A DNA stretch of 64,000 nucleotides from Minisyncoccota bacterium. GTDB taxonomy: Bacteria; Patescibacteriota; Minisyncoccia; UBA6257; 2-01-FULL-56-20. Of this stretch, positions 43,504 through 54,041 are shown piece by piece. The DNA lies in assembly GCA_035541435.1 (NCBI GenBank), contig DATKNL010000002.1, forward strand, positions 67,962 through 131,961, written 5' to 3'. The notes below the pieces were generated by a model. That model did not search any database. It had not been told where the DNA came from and saw only the letters and a list, made by a program, of their open reading frames with translations. The translations under genes were made by a program, and so were the position numbers. Each line of letters begins with the position of its first letter. Position 1 is the first letter of the stretch.

Positions 43504-43941
43504 TTAGACCCTGCGGACCTTGGGCGGCCGGGGGCCGTTGTGCGGGACCGGGGTCGCGTCCTTGATCGAGAGGATATTGAAGCCGTGGTTGATGAGGGAG
43601 CGGATCGCCGAGTCGCGGCCGCTGCCGATCCCCTTCACGATGACCGCGATGTCCTGCGGGCCGTTGTTCTGCAGCTTTTCGGCGATCGCGGCGATGACGC
43701 GCGACGAGGCGAACGGGGTCGCCTTCTTCGGGCCCGAGAAGCCGAGTGAGCCGGCCGAGGCCCACGCGAGCACGTTGCCCTGCGCGTCGGTCACGGTGAC
43801 GACGGTGTTGTTATAGCTCGCGTTCACATAGACCTTGCCCTCCTGGACGCGGCGCGTCTTGCGCGCGGAAACCGCCGGCTTCGCCGCCGCCTGCGTTCCC
43901 GCTGCATCGCCCGATTGGGTTGTGACTTTCTTCTTTCCCAT
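43504..43941 (-). CDS. rpsK: 30S ribosomal protein S11
   Basis: NASYNNTVVTVTDAQGNVLAWASAGSLGFSG... Confidence 0.9.
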   Translation of the reverse strand: MGKKKVTTQSGDAAGTQAAAKPAVSARKTRRVQEGKVYVNASYNNTVVTVTDAQGNVLAWASAGSLGFSGPKKATPFASSRVIAAIAEKLQNNGPQDIAVIVKGIGSGRDSAIRSLINHGFNILSIKDATPVPHNGPRPPKVRRV

Positions 43942-43950
43942 GGCTATCTG

Positions 43951-44334
43951 TTATTTGAGGTCGACTTTGCGCTTGCCGCTGCCCGCCGTCTTGCGGACGT
44001 TGCCGCGGACGGTGCGGGAGTTCGTGCGCGTGCGCTGGCCGCGCACCGGCAGGCGCCGCATGTGGCGCAGGCCGCGATAGGCCTGCAGCTCCTTCAGGCG
44101 GTTGATGTTGCCACGCACGAGCTGGCGGAGCTCGCCTTCGACCGGAAAATTCTTCTCGATGAAGTTCTGGATGCGCAGAATCTCGTCCGCGGTGAGGTCC
44201 TTCGCCTTCTTCGCGACGTCGACGGCGGCGGCCGCGAGCGCCTTGTGGCTCACGGACGGACCAACGCCATAAAGATAGGTGAGCGACACCTCAATCCTCT
44301 TGTTGTCGGGAATGTTGACGCCGAAGATACGCAT
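43951..44334 (-). CDS. rpsM: 30S ribosomal protein S13
   Basis: MRIFGVNIPDNKRIEVSLTYLYGVG... Confidence 0.9.
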   Translation of the reverse strand: MRIFGVNIPDNKRIEVSLTYLYGVGPSVSHKALAAAAVDVAKKAKDLTADEILRIQNFIEKNFPVEGELRQLVRGNINRLKELQAYRGLRHMRRLPVRGQRTRTNSRTVRGNVRKTAGSGKRKVDLK

Positions 44335-44339
44335 GATGG

Positions 44340-44453
44340 TTATCCTTGCCGCTGTTTATGCTTGGGGTTTTTGCAGCGCACGTAAAGCTTGCCCTTTCGT
44401 TTGACGATCTGGCAGTTGGCACACATCTTCTTGATGGAGCTTCGAACTTTCAT
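44340..44453 (-). CDS. rpmJ: 50S ribosomal protein L36 (not in ORF track; found by manual translation)
   Basis: Minus-strand ATG at 44453 gives [37 protein letters not shown] (37 aa, C-x2-C-x12-C-x4-H Zn-ribbon). Confidence 0.85.
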   Translation of the reverse strand: MKVRSSIKKMCANCQIVKRKGKLYVRCKNPKHKQRQG

Positions 44454-44498
44454 GGTATTGCGTTCTGCGTTGCCGGTCCGCACGCCGCGTCCGCCTGT

Positions 44499-44708
44499 TT
44501 AGAGGCGCCGCACGATCCGTCCGCGATGCCCGTCGGGAGCGAGTTCCACGAGCACCCGGTCGCCCGGCAGCACGCGGATATTGTTGATCTTCATCTTGCC
44601 CGCCAAATGAGCGAGAACCTCCGTTCCCGCCTCGTTCATCGTGACTTTGAACATCAGGCCCGGGAGGGCCTCGATCACCCGACCTTCTTTCGCCGTGTCC
44701 TTCTCCAT
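44499..44708 (-). CDS. infA: Translation initiation factor IF-1
   Basis: Start reassigned to [17 protein letters not shown] at 44708. S1-like OB fold ([37 protein letters not shown]). Confidence 0.85.
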   Translation of the reverse strand: MEKDTAKEGRVIEALPGLMFKVTMNEAGTEVLAHLAGKMKINNIRVLPGDRVLVELAPDGHRGRIVRRL

Positions 44709-44847
44709 TAACGCCGTGGGTGTCTCATGAAAACAGGAATAATGGCGATTTGATGCGGTAAGGAGATTATAGTCCGGCTTCGGCTCATTTGTCAACAAGA
44801 TCCCTTGAAGATCCCTTGGCGGGCGGGCCCGGCCGCCACCCCGCCTC

Positions 44848-46635
44848 CTAGTGGACGGTGATATGGACCTTGCCCGGATTCGCCGGGATGCTCATGAGCC
44901 ACAGGGGCCACACCGATATCTTGCCGTCCGCGAGGTTCGGCAGGTTGAGGATCTCGTTGCGGGCGCTTGCGATGCTCTGCCCCTGGATGGTCGACGAGAA
45001 GTCGTCGGCCGAGAAGGACGGCTCGAGGTTCGCCTGGACGGCGGCGTCGAACTTCACCTGGCCCGTCGTGAAGTTCGCCTGCACGCCCGAATAGTCGATC
45101 GTGACCGACGAGAACGTCGAGCTCGCCTCGGTCGCCTGCGCGAGCGAGAGCAGATAGGCCTTGAGCGCGTTCTCGTCGAAGCCGACGGCGACCATCGTCG
45201 CCTGGCCGAAGACGGTGAAGTTGCCATTCGCGTCAGTCGTCGTCCCCACGATGAGCTTCGAGACCTGATAGGTCGTCGCGCCGTCGAGGATCTTGAAGTT
45301 CTGCGGATAGGCGTTCGTGAATCCGCCGGCGAGGCTCGCCTGCAGGATCGCGGTCGTCGAGGCCTTGGCCGCCGTGATGTCGGCCGCGGTCGGGACCGCC
45401 TTCGTGCCGGTGAAGCCGCCCGCCGTCGAGGTCGCGATCGCGCCATAGAAGCCCTGATAGCGTCCGGCGTCCTTCTGGAATCCAGGAATGGTGAGGTGCG
45501 CGACCGGTCCCATATTATAAGAGAGGCCGGGCTGGTCGGCGACGATCGCCGCGGTGACCGACGACGGGGTGATCGTACCGTTCGCGACCTGCGCGCCCGG
45601 CACCGTCACATTGTTCACGAGCCGGAAGATCTTGCCGTCGGGCGTCAGGAACCGCGTCGTGGCGACGAGCTCCTGGGGCGACGAGTTGTAGGCGTTATAG
45701 ATCGTGATGACGCCCGTCGACTTGAGGTTCACGTTCTGCTGGGAGCTTGCCGGGAAGTTCTCGGTGATGTTCTTCGGCGACGTGAAGACGGTCGCCGGAA
45801 TCACGACGGTTCCCCCGCTGCTCGTGAAGGCCGACGCGTTCTTGTCGGCGATGAACGATCCCTGATAGCTCCACGGGGTCTGCTTGAAGTTGATCGCGAT
45901 GTCGGCGCGGTCGAAATAGGCGGTGAGTATGTAGCCCACGGCCGCGAGCGCGATCACGACGGCTGCGAGCGTCCACCAGACCTTCGCCGATATGCGGCGC
46001 GGTGCGGCGTCGTCATCGCCGTCTTCGGCGTCGCTGTCCGAGCCATTCCCGCCGTCATCCTCCCCGCCTTCTGACCTCATGCGGCGCAGGCGCGCCGGCA
46101 GGCTGATTTTCTTGAAAAACCGGTTCTCCTCGATCGATTCCTCAATCTCGGCCTCTTCCTCGGTCTCGGGCTGGAGCGCGTCTTCGGCTTCATCCGCCGT
46201 CTCGTCCCGGCCGCCGCCGGCCTCGTCGTCATCGCCCGCGCCGGCGCCGCCCGACGACTCTTCTATCTCGACGATCTCGAGCTTGGTCTCGGCCTTCTTC
46301 GCGCGCGACTTCTTCGCCTTCGGCTCATGCGCCCCCTCGTCCTTCGGGACGATGTCGGAAAACCCGCCCGAGCCGCGGACGCTCTTCCACAGCGGATGGC
46401 TTGCCTCGATGTCGGCCTGCTTCGCATAGGCGAGGATCGTCTCGTCCACCGATTCGATGACGACCGACTTTCCGGCGGCGTCGCTTTCGCGCCTGAGCAG
46501 CGTGAAATTCCGCACGGACTTGCCCAGTGCGGAGTTTTTCGGGATGACGAGGACGACCTCGTTCTCGGGTTCGTTCAGGATCTTGTCGATGACTTCGGCG
46601 ATGCCCTCGGACTTGTCGGCTATTATCTTTTTCAT
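44848..46635 (-). CDS. Hypothetical bitopic membrane protein (cytoplasmic N-domain, acidic linker, TM, large extracytoplasmic domain)
   Basis: 595 aa. N-terminal 120-aa globular region, ~100-aa Asp/Glu/Gly-rich linker, single TM ([22 protein letters not shown]), Thr/Ala/Gly-rich external domain. Confidence 0.55.
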   Translation of the reverse strand: MKKIIADKSEGIAEVIDKILNEPENEVVLVIPKNSALGKSVRNFTLLRRESDAAGKSVVIESVDETILAYAKQADIEASHPLWKSVRGSGGFSDIVPKDEGAHEPKAKKSRAKKAETKLEIVEIEESSGGAGAGDDDEAGGGRDETADEAEDALQPETEEEAEIEESIEENRFFKKISLPARLRRMRSEGGEDDGGNGSDSDAEDGDDDAAPRRISAKVWWTLAAVVIALAAVGYILTAYFDRADIAINFKQTPWSYQGSFIADKNASAFTSSGGTVVIPATVFTSPKNITENFPASSQQNVNLKSTGVITIYNAYNSSPQELVATTRFLTPDGKIFRLVNNVTVPGAQVANGTITPSSVTAAIVADQPGLSYNMGPVAHLTIPGFQKDAGRYQGFYGAIATSTAGGFTGTKAVPTAADITAAKASTTAILQASLAGGFTNAYPQNFKILDGATTYQVSKLIVGTTTDANGNFTVFGQATMVAVGFDENALKAYLLSLAQATEASSTFSSVTIDYSGVQANFTTGQVKFDAAVQANLEPSFSADDFSSTIQGQSIASARNEILNLPNLADGKISVWPLWLMSIPANPGKVHITVH

Positions 46636-46683
46636 CTTTACTATTATATCACACGCATGCGCGCCGGAATCGCGCGCACGCGC

Positions 46684-47853
46684 CTAGTTGAGCAGCCAGT
46701 GCAGCCGCCGCCGCAGCTTCTGGTTGATCTCGGAATTGCTCTTGTCGAAATAGGCCTCGATGAACGGCAGTACGTTGCGCACGAGGACGCGCCGCGGCAC
46801 GGCGCCCCCGTCCTTCACCGCGACCGACGACGGGAAGTCGAGCGACTCGAGGATCTCGCCGAGCGGCACGGGCTCGATCGTCACGCCGGCCGCGCGGTGC
46901 GGCGTCTCGAACGGCAGCTCGTGCGGCGCGTCGACATAGGCGTAGCCGCCGAGCTTCTCCTTCTCGAGCGCCTCGGTGAAATGGCGCACGGCGGGATCGA
47001 TCACGCGCTTCATGGCGCGCAGGGCGTCCTTCGACATGTTCCCGTGCAGGTATTCGCGATAGAGCCGTTCGGCGGCCGCCATGCTCACACCGAGCTCGGC
47101 CGCGATGCGCCGGATCAGCTCGTCGAAGTCCCAGCCAAGCTTCTCCCTATATAGGACGGGGTGTCCTTCTTTGGCCTCGGCCATGACATAGACGGCCGCG
47201 CCGCCGCCCTCGGCCTCGATGAGCGCGAGCGGCAGCGGGCGGCTGCGGGCGATCGCGAGCAGCCGGGACTGCGGCCCCTCGACGAAAAAGAAATGGTCGG
47301 GCGCGTTGAAAAATCCCTTCAGCTCCTCGAAGAGCTCGCGGGTCGTGAAACGCAGTTCGAGGATGAGCGAAATCTTCTTGCCGGTGAAGCCGGCCGGATT
47401 CACGACCGACTTGCCGTCGATCTTGAAATGGCGCGCCTCGGCGCCGACGAGGATCGTGTCGAGCTCATGGATGCCGAGTCGCTTCGCCGCCTCGCTGCGG
47501 CACTGGTTGAAGACCTTCGCCATCGCCTGCGCGATGAGGTTCTCGAGTTCGGCGAGCGTGATCTCGAACTTCGCATCGGCCTTCTCGCGCGGCAGCTCGA
47601 GCGGCAGCGGGATCGTGGTCGCGAGCGACGGGTGCGCCGTCGCGATCACCTTGCGCCGCCCGCGCTTGAAAAGATATTCCCCCTCCCACGACTTCTGGGT
47701 CACGCGCCGCATCGGCGATTGCAGGAACTTCCTGAGGCTCGCATTCTCGACGTACTTCTCGACGACGATGCCGCGGTTCTCGCCGAGCGTGAGGAAGAGC
47801 GCGTTCACGCCGGCCGGAGCGATCTCAAGGATGAGGAATTTCTCCTTTTTCAC
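46684..47853 (-). CDS. Hypothetical protein, possibly actin-fold ATPase of the FtsA/PilM type
   Basis: MKKEKFLILEIAPAGV (phosphate-1-like start) and EAEGGGAAVYV (phosphate-2-like). Weak similarity only. Confidence 0.35.
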   Translation of the reverse strand: MKKEKFLILEIAPAGVNALFLTLGENRGIVVEKYVENASLRKFLQSPMRRVTQKSWEGEYLFKRGRRKVIATAHPSLATTIPLPLELPREKADAKFEITLAELENLIAQAMAKVFNQCRSEAAKRLGIHELDTILVGAEARHFKIDGKSVVNPAGFTGKKISLILELRFTTRELFEELKGFFNAPDHFFFVEGPQSRLLAIARSRPLPLALIEAEGGGAAVYVMAEAKEGHPVLYREKLGWDFDELIRRIAAELGVSMAAAERLYREYLHGNMSKDALRAMKRVIDPAVRHFTEALEKEKLGGYAYVDAPHELPFETPHRAAGVTIEPVPLGEILESLDFPSSVAVKDGGAVPRRVLVRNVLPFIEAYFDKSNSEINQKLRRRLHWLLN

Positions 47854-47888
47854 ACCTCCATCATAGCATAGGTTTTTCCCCGTCCCGC

Positions 47889-49772
47889 CTATTCGATCGT
47901 CCCGCGCGCGCGCCGGATGCCGGCGGCGACCGCCTCCTCTTTCGCGAACGTGAAGCGCCCGATCTCGCCCGTGTGCGCGACATGCGGGCCGCCGCAGAAC
48001 TCGATCGAAAACGCCTTGGCGAACTGCGGGTCGGCCTGCGTTGCGCCCTTCGGGCCGATCGAATAGACCGAGACGCGCTCGGGATATTTCTGCCCGAACT
48101 CGTGCTCAGCGCCGAGCTTCTCGGCCTCCTCGCGGGCCATCTCGGACCGGATCACGGGCAGGTCCTCGGCGATCTTCTCGTTCACGATCTCTTCAACGCG
48201 GCGCTTCTCGTCGTCGGTCATCCTGCCGTCATAGGAGAAGTCGAGGCGCAGCCGCTCGCTCGTGATGTTGCTGCCGCGCTGCTTCACCTGCGGGCCGAGC
48301 ACGGTCTGCAACGCCTTGAGCAACAGGTGGTGCGCGGTGTGCAGGCGCACGGTCTTCTCGGACGTGTCGGCGAGGCCGCCCTTGAAGGTGCCGGCCGATG
48401 CGGTGCGCGAAAGGTCCTGATGCTTCTTGAATTCGGCTTCGAACTCGGCACGGTCGACGGCGATGCCGCGCCCGCGCGACATCTCTTCGGTGAGCTCCCA
48501 AGGGAACCCGTAGCTCTGATAGAGGTCGAAGGCATCGGTGCCCGTCACGGAGCCGCCCGCGACCCTTCGTTCGAATTCCCTAAGGCCGTCCTTCACGGTC
48601 GCGCCGAACTTCTGGAACTCGTCGGCGACCGCCTTCTGGATCGCCGCCTCGTTCGCGTCGAGTTCGGGATAGGCGTCGGCATAGGACGAGCATGCGGCCC
48701 GCACCGTCTCGCGGAGCCACGAGGGCGCCGTCTTCTCGGCGCCCGAGAAGAGCGCCGCCCGGCGGATGAGCTTGCGCAGCACGTAGCCCCGCCCCTTGTT
48801 CGACGGCAGTACGCCGTCGGCGACGAGGAACACCGCGGCGCGGATGTGATCGAGGATCACGCGCACCCGCTTCACGTCGTCCGCCGGCACGTGACGTGCC
48901 ATCGCCGCGAATACGTCGACGTGGAACACGTCCGGATCGTCGTTCGCCGCCGCCGCGATGCGCTCGAGGCCGCCGCCAAAGTCGACGTTGCGCTGCGCGA
49001 GCTTCTCGAACGTGCCGTCGTCGCGCTTCTTGTATTCCATGAAGACCGAGTTGCCGATCTCGAGGAACCGCCCGCAGTCGCAGTTCGGATGGCACTGCGC
49101 GCCGAACTTCGCATCGTGCGTGGCACCCGTCGGGTCGAAGTCATAGAAGACCTCCGAGTCGGGACCGCCCGGTTCGCCGGCCGGCATCTTCGCCGGGACG
49201 CCGGCGCGGCTCCACCAGTTCTTCTTCACGTCATACGAGAAGATTCGGCCGCCCTGCATGCCCTTCGCGCTTCCCTCGGTCTCGGAACCGAGCGGCACAT
49301 AGGCGGCGTCGATCCCCTTCCCTTTGAACAGCCGCTTCCAGATCGCGACCGATTCCTCGTCGGCCGGGATGCCCGTCTCGCGGTCGCCGGCGAACACGGT
49401 GACGTACAGGCGCGCCGGATCAAGGCCGGCGCCCTTCGCCGGATCGGTCAGGAATTCGAAAAGCCACGGCAGCTGCTCCTCTTTGAAATAGTCGCCGAGC
49501 GACCAGTTGCCAAGCATCTCGAAGAAGGTGGTGTGACGGTTGTCGCCCACCTCGTCGATGTCCTCGGCGCGGAAGCACTTCTCGGCATCGGCAAGCCGCC
49601 GCCCTTCGGGGTGCTTCTCGCCAAGCAGGTACGGCACGAGCGGCTGCATGCCCGAGCCCGTGAAGAGGGTCGTCGGATCGTTCTCGGGGACGATCGATGC
49701 GGAGGGCAGCACGGCGTGGCCCCGGGCCTTGAAGAACGCGAGGTAGCGCGACCGGATGTCGGAGATCGTCAT
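47889..49772 (-). CDS. alaS: Alanyl-tRNA synthetase, short form (catalytic + editing domains; no C-Ala domain)
   Basis: 627 aa. N-terminal class II catalytic core (FTGSGMQPL...), editing-domain Zn motifs HTAHHLL and GGPHVAHTGEIG. Ends shortly after the editing domain. Confidence 0.9.
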   Translation of the reverse strand: MTISDIRSRYLAFFKARGHAVLPSASIVPENDPTTLFTGSGMQPLVPYLLGEKHPEGRRLADAEKCFRAEDIDEVGDNRHTTFFEMLGNWSLGDYFKEEQLPWLFEFLTDPAKGAGLDPARLYVTVFAGDRETGIPADEESVAIWKRLFKGKGIDAAYVPLGSETEGSAKGMQGGRIFSYDVKKNWWSRAGVPAKMPAGEPGGPDSEVFYDFDPTGATHDAKFGAQCHPNCDCGRFLEIGNSVFMEYKKRDDGTFEKLAQRNVDFGGGLERIAAAANDDPDVFHVDVFAAMARHVPADDVKRVRVILDHIRAAVFLVADGVLPSNKGRGYVLRKLIRRAALFSGAEKTAPSWLRETVRAACSSYADAYPELDANEAAIQKAVADEFQKFGATVKDGLREFERRVAGGSVTGTDAFDLYQSYGFPWELTEEMSRGRGIAVDRAEFEAEFKKHQDLSRTASAGTFKGGLADTSEKTVRLHTAHHLLLKALQTVLGPQVKQRGSNITSERLRLDFSYDGRMTDDEKRRVEEIVNEKIAEDLPVIRSEMAREEAEKLGAEHEFGQKYPERVSVYSIGPKGATQADPQFAKAFSIEFCGGPHVAHTGEIGRFTFAKEEAVAAGIRRARGTIE

Positions 49773-49865
49773 AGCTCATAAAATATCACATTTTCCGGAC
49801 ATTAAAAACATCCCGCCGGCGGTTCGCACGCGCGGCGGGATTGTCAACGGTCCTTTAACCGAAAT

Positions 49866-51113
49866 TTAAGAAATGCTTTCGAAGCCTTCGAGCGCCGCGG
49901 CCTTGCCGTGCTCGCGGATCTTCTCAAGCGCCTTCGCCTCGATCTGCCGGATGCGCTCGCGCGTCACGCCGAACGCCTTGCCGACCTCCTCGAGCGTGTG
50001 GCTGATGCCGTCCTCGAGGCCGAAGCGCATCTTGAGGATCTGCTGCTCGCGCTCGGTAAGGTCGATCATGATCTCGCGGATGAGGTCGCGGAGCATCGCG
50101 CGCGCGGTGAGCTGCGCCGGGGTCGCGTTCTTCTCGTCGGGGATGAAGTCTGACAGGGTCGAGTCCTCCTCGTCGCCGATCGGCGTCTCGATCGAGAGCA
50201 CCTCCTGCGAGATCTTCTGGATGTGGCGGACCTTCTCGACGTCGACGCCCATTTCGGCGGCCAGCTCCTCGGCGAGCGGGTCGCGGCCGAGCTCCTGGAT
50301 CAGCTGGCGGCGGACCTGGGTGTATTTCGAGATGGTCTCGACCATGTGGACCGGGATGCGCACCGTGCGCGACTGGTCGGCGAGGGCGCGCGTGATCGCC
50401 TGGCGGATCCACCAGGTCGCATAGGTCGAGAACTTGAAGCCGCGCCGGTAATCGAACTTCTCGACGGCGCGCGAAAGGCCGATGTTCCCCTCCTGGATGA
50501 GGTCGAGGATCGAAAGGTGCGGCGTGCGGTTCACGTAGCGCTTGGCGATCGAGACGACGAGCCGGAGGTTCGCCTTCATGAGCCGCTGCCGCGCGTCCTC
50601 GTCGCCCTTCTCGGCGCGCTTCGCGAGCTCGCGCTCCTCGTCCTTCGAGAGGAGCGGCGTGCGGCCGATCTCCTTCAGGTACATCTGCACGGCGTCGGGG
50701 ACGTCGCCCTCGAACGCCATCGAGTCGTCGATCGCGCGGTCGTCCTCGTCCTTCGAGAAGTCGATGAGGGCGCTCGTCTCGATCACCTTGATGCCCGCCT
50801 TCTCGAGGCGGTCATAGATCTCGTCGAGCAGCCCGACGTTGTCCTCGATCTTCGGGAAATAATAGAGGATCTCGTTGTCCGTCACGAAGCCGCGCGGGCG
50901 GCCGCGCTCAATGAGCTCGTTGATCTCCTGGGCGTGGGCCTTGACGCTCTTCTCGAGCTTCGAAAGCGGCTTCGCCTTCTTCGATTTCGAAGGGGCCGAA
51001 GCTTTCGGGGACGCCTTTTTGAGGCGGGTTTTGGCCGCCTTCTTTTTGGAAGTCTTGGTTGCCATGCGATGTCCGTGCCGGGCCTTCGCCTTAGTGCGCG
51101 CTTTTGGGGCCAT
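49866..51113 (-). CDS. rpoD: RNA polymerase sigma factor RpoD (sigma-70), Lys-rich N-terminus
   Basis: Regions 1.2-4 present ([10 protein letters not shown]..., [11 protein letters not shown]..., [15 protein letters not shown]...[24 protein letters not shown]). My base count puts the ATG one nt off the track end, so track coordinates are kept. Confidence 0.9.
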   Translation of the reverse strand: MAPKARTKAKARHGHRMATKTSKKKAAKTRLKKASPKASAPSKSKKAKPLSKLEKSVKAHAQEINELIERGRPRGFVTDNEILYYFPKIEDNVGLLDEIYDRLEKAGIKVIETSALIDFSKDEDDRAIDDSMAFEGDVPDAVQMYLKEIGRTPLLSKDEERELAKRAEKGDEDARQRLMKANLRLVVSIAKRYVNRTPHLSILDLIQEGNIGLSRAVEKFDYRRGFKFSTYATWWIRQAITRALADQSRTVRIPVHMVETISKYTQVRRQLIQELGRDPLAEELAAEMGVDVEKVRHIQKISQEVLSIETPIGDEEDSTLSDFIPDEKNATPAQLTARAMLRDLIREIMIDLTEREQQILKMRFGLEDGISHTLEEVGKAFGVTRERIRQIEAKALEKIREHGKAAALEGFESIS

Positions 51114-51167
51114 TACTTGATACTTTATTATCCGTCATTTCTTACAAAAATGCAAGTAGCTCGGGCC

Positions 51168-52904
51168 TTACGAGGGATCGTCCGCGACGATGGGAAGGCC
51201 GTCGAGCTCCTTCAGTGCCGCCGCGAGCTCGGCATCATTCCCGTTCGCCTCGGCATTCCGCACCGCAAGGGTGAGGATCGCCCGCCGCTCGCGGTAGTAT
51301 TCCTTCGCAAGTTCCGCCTTGAGCCGCATGATCTCGTCGTCCGAAACGCCGCCGTCTCCGCCCCCACCGCCGCCGAAGACGATCATCCCGACGACGTGGT
51401 CGAGCCCCGGGTCCTCGCTCTTGTGCTGCCCGGCGGCGAGCAGCCTGAAGACCTCCTTCTGGGCGGGCTTGAGATAAGGAAGGCAGTCCTCGACGATCGC
51501 GAAGTCGTTCTTTGAGAACGCCGCGATGAAGAGCCGTTCGGCAAGGCGGTCCTGGCGGGACACCTCGCGCTTGGCCGCGTCGTCGTCGCCCGCGCCGTCG
51601 GCCCTCCGCGGCGACGAGGCCGGGACGCCCGACGACGATTTCTCAGCCTCTTCCTGCAGCGTCTTTTCGGGGATGCCGGTCCGCTTCGCGAGTTCGGCGA
51701 ACCAGAAGCCGCGCTCGACGGGGCTCGCGATCACCTTCAGCTTGCCGAGGACGGCGCGGAGCCGCTGCAGCCCGTCGCGGTTCTTGAGCTCGGCCGGGTC
51801 CGCGGGCAGGAACTTCTTGAAATAGAATTCGGGCGCGGGCATCGCGGCGGCGACCGTGCGCGCGACCGCGGCCGGGTCGGCCTTCGCGGCGTCGGCCGCG
51901 TCCTTATAGTCGGTGAACATCGCGACCTTCACGGTGAAGTCGTTCGCCTCGGCGAGGTCGATCGCCCGCTCGGCCGCGTCGGCGCCCGCGGCGTCGCTGT
52001 CGAAGCAGAGCACGATGTCCTCGGCGAGCCGGTGGATCACCGTAAGGTGGTCCGCGGTGAGCGCCGTCCCCGAGCTCGCCACCACGTTGCGCACGCCGGA
52101 CTGGTAGCTCATGAGGAAATCCATCTGCCCCTCCATGAGCACGGCCGCCTTCGTCTCGCGGATCGCGTCCTTGCTCTTCCAGAACCCATAGAGCAGCTTC
52201 GACTTCTGGAAGATCGGCGTCTCGGGGCTGTTCACGTATTTGCCCATGTCGCCCTTGTCGAGCTGCGGCAGGATGCGGCCGGTGAACCCGACCACCTTGC
52301 CCACGTGGTTGTGGATCGGGAACATGATGCGCCCCCGGAACCGGTCGAGCATGAGCCCGCGCTCCGTCTTGATGGAAAGCCCCGCCTGGACGAGGTCCTG
52401 CGGCGACGCGCCGGTGTTCAGCAGGTGCATCGAAAGCCCCTCGGGTTCGTTCGGCGCCCAGCCGATCTCGAACGTCTCGACCGTCTCGGGTGCAAGTCCC
52501 CGCTCCTCGAGATATTTTTTTGCGACCGGCGCGGCGGCGAACGCCTTCCTGAAAAACGCCTTGGCCTGGTCGTTCAGGTCATAGAGGAGGCCGCTATAGC
52601 GGTATTCGGCCGGATTCTCGTGGCGCAGCTCGACGCCGGTCTTCTCGGCGAGCATCCGCATCGCCTCGCCGAACTCGACGTTCTCATAACGCATCACGAA
52701 CGAGAAGGCGTCGCCGCCGAGGCCGCAGCCGAAGCAGTGCCAGGACTGCCGGTCGGGCGAGACCATGAAGGACGGCGTCTTCTCGTGATGGAACGGGCAG
52801 AGCGCCTTGAAGTTACGGCCCGCCGGCACGAGCGTGAGATAGCCGCGCAGGAAGTCGACGATGTCGAGCCTGCTTTTGATGAGTTCGGTCGTCGAGGAAG
52901 GCAT
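51168..52904 (-). CDS. dnaG: DNA primase DnaG
   Basis: Start reassigned to MPSSTTEL at 52904. Zn-ribbon CPFHHEKTPSF...CFGCG, TOPRIM (EGQMD...) domain. Immediately upstream of rpoD. Confidence 0.9.
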   Translation of the reverse strand: MPSSTTELIKSRLDIVDFLRGYLTLVPAGRNFKALCPFHHEKTPSFMVSPDRQSWHCFGCGLGGDAFSFVMRYENVEFGEAMRMLAEKTGVELRHENPAEYRYSGLLYDLNDQAKAFFRKAFAAAPVAKKYLEERGLAPETVETFEIGWAPNEPEGLSMHLLNTGASPQDLVQAGLSIKTERGLMLDRFRGRIMFPIHNHVGKVVGFTGRILPQLDKGDMGKYVNSPETPIFQKSKLLYGFWKSKDAIRETKAAVLMEGQMDFLMSYQSGVRNVVASSGTALTADHLTVIHRLAEDIVLCFDSDAAGADAAERAIDLAEANDFTVKVAMFTDYKDAADAAKADPAAVARTVAAAMPAPEFYFKKFLPADPAELKNRDGLQRLRAVLGKLKVIASPVERGFWFAELAKRTGIPEKTLQEEAEKSSSGVPASSPRRADGAGDDDAAKREVSRQDRLAERLFIAAFSKNDFAIVEDCLPYLKPAQKEVFRLLAAGQHKSEDPGLDHVVGMIVFGGGGGGDGGVSDDEIMRLKAELAKEYYRERRAILTLAVRNAEANGNDAELAAALKELDGLPIVADDPS

Positions 52905-52994
52905 GTTGCTCCTATTGTATGCCCCGCCCGCATGCGCCGCAATGCCGGGCCGCGCCCGCACGCGCCGTCCTTCGAGGGAAATATTAAAAAATCA

Positions 52995-54041
52995 TTAAAG
53001 GATCGCGATCTGGGCCGCGGCGCTCTGGTTCAGCATGACGGCGAGTCCCGCGACGACGATCACGATGAGCGCGCCGAAGATGAGTTTCGGATGCTGCACC
53101 TCGAACTTGATGAAGACGTTGAGGCCGAGCGCGACGAGGAAGAGCGCCATGAGGAACATATAGAAGTCGTTGGCGAGCGCCTTCGGGTCGGCGACGAGCC
53201 GCTGCAGGAAGTTCGTCTGCGGCGCGAGCGGCGCGGCGTGGTCCGACGAGATGAAGCCGAGGACGGCGCTCGAGCTGTTCGCGAGCGGCGGCGCGGTGGT
53301 CGCGCTCTCGGATGTTGCATTCCGGCCGGCCGCGGCGATCACGGTGTTCGTTGCCGGTTTCGGCGCGGGCTTCGGGGTCGGAGCCGGCGTCGGTTTGGCG
53401 TTCGGTTTCGCCGCGGGCGCGGGCGCGGCGGCGTTCGCCGACGAGAGTCCCGGGATCGGGCTGACCGCCACGGCGACCGGTGCGGGCGTCCCGAAGAGCT
53501 CGACGGCGAAGGTCGCATGATGGCCCTCGAACATGCCGTCGGCTTTCGCCATGCCGATCTCGGTGTAGTCCGGATCGAGGATGTTCGCGCGGTGTTCGGG
53601 CGAATTCATCCAGGCGTTCGTCACGTCCTGCGAGTCCGAGAAGTCGACGGCGAGGTTCTCGCCGGCATAGTCGAAGGAATAGCCGACCTGCGCGAACCAG
53701 TACCACGGCGTGAGCCCTTCGGGGCTCGTATGGGCGAAATAGCCCTTCGAGGCCATGTCGTTCGCCTTTTCCTGGGCGGCGGCGTCGAGAAGCGCGTTCT
53801 CACGGAGCGGCTGCAGGCTGTCCTTGACGCGGTTCGCGTTGGTCTCGTCGATGAGCGCGTTCGCGAGGACGATGCCGAAGAGCCTCGACCGCGGGATCAC
53901 GTAGCGCGACGCGCCGACATAGGCGCCTTCGGCGACGATGATCACGAGGCAGAAGAGCGCGACGACGCGCGGATGGAGGAGGTGCGGCTGATAGTCGTTC
54001 CCCTTGTGCGGAATGAAATACTTCTTGACCGCCTTGCGCAT
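52995..54041 (-). CDS. CAP/SCP/PR-1-like domain protein with N- and C-terminal membrane anchors and Pro/Ala-rich linker
   Basis: CAP-domain motifs (GYFAHTSPEG, GENLA, HRANIL). N-terminal TM, PAPxPKP linker, two C-terminal TM helices. Confidence 0.6.
   Translation of the reverse strand: MRKAVKKYFIPHKGNDYQPHLLHPRVVALFCLVIIVAEGAYVGASRYVIPRSRLFGIVLANALIDETNANRVKDSLQPLRENALLDAAAQEKANDMASKGYFAHTSPEGLTPWYWFAQVGYSFDYAGENLAVDFSDSQDVTNAWMNSPEHRANILDPDYTEIGMAKADGMFEGHHATFAVELFGTPAPVAVAVSPIPGLSSANAAAPAPAAKPNAKPTPAPTPKPAPKPATNTVIAAAGRNATSESATTAPPLANSSSAVLGFISSDHAAPLAPQTNFLQRLVADPKALANDFYMFLMALFLVALGLNVFIKFEVQHPKLIFGALIVIVVAGLAVMLNQSAAAQIAIL

Noticed and set aside
44801-44822. Short tandem duplication AAGATCCCTTG x2 upstream of infA
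   Set aside because: Only two 11-bp units in an intergenic promoter region. Too short to assign a function and likely incidental.
47973-49781. 602-aa plus-strand ORF antisense to alaS
   Set aside because: Antisense to alanyl-tRNA synthetase.
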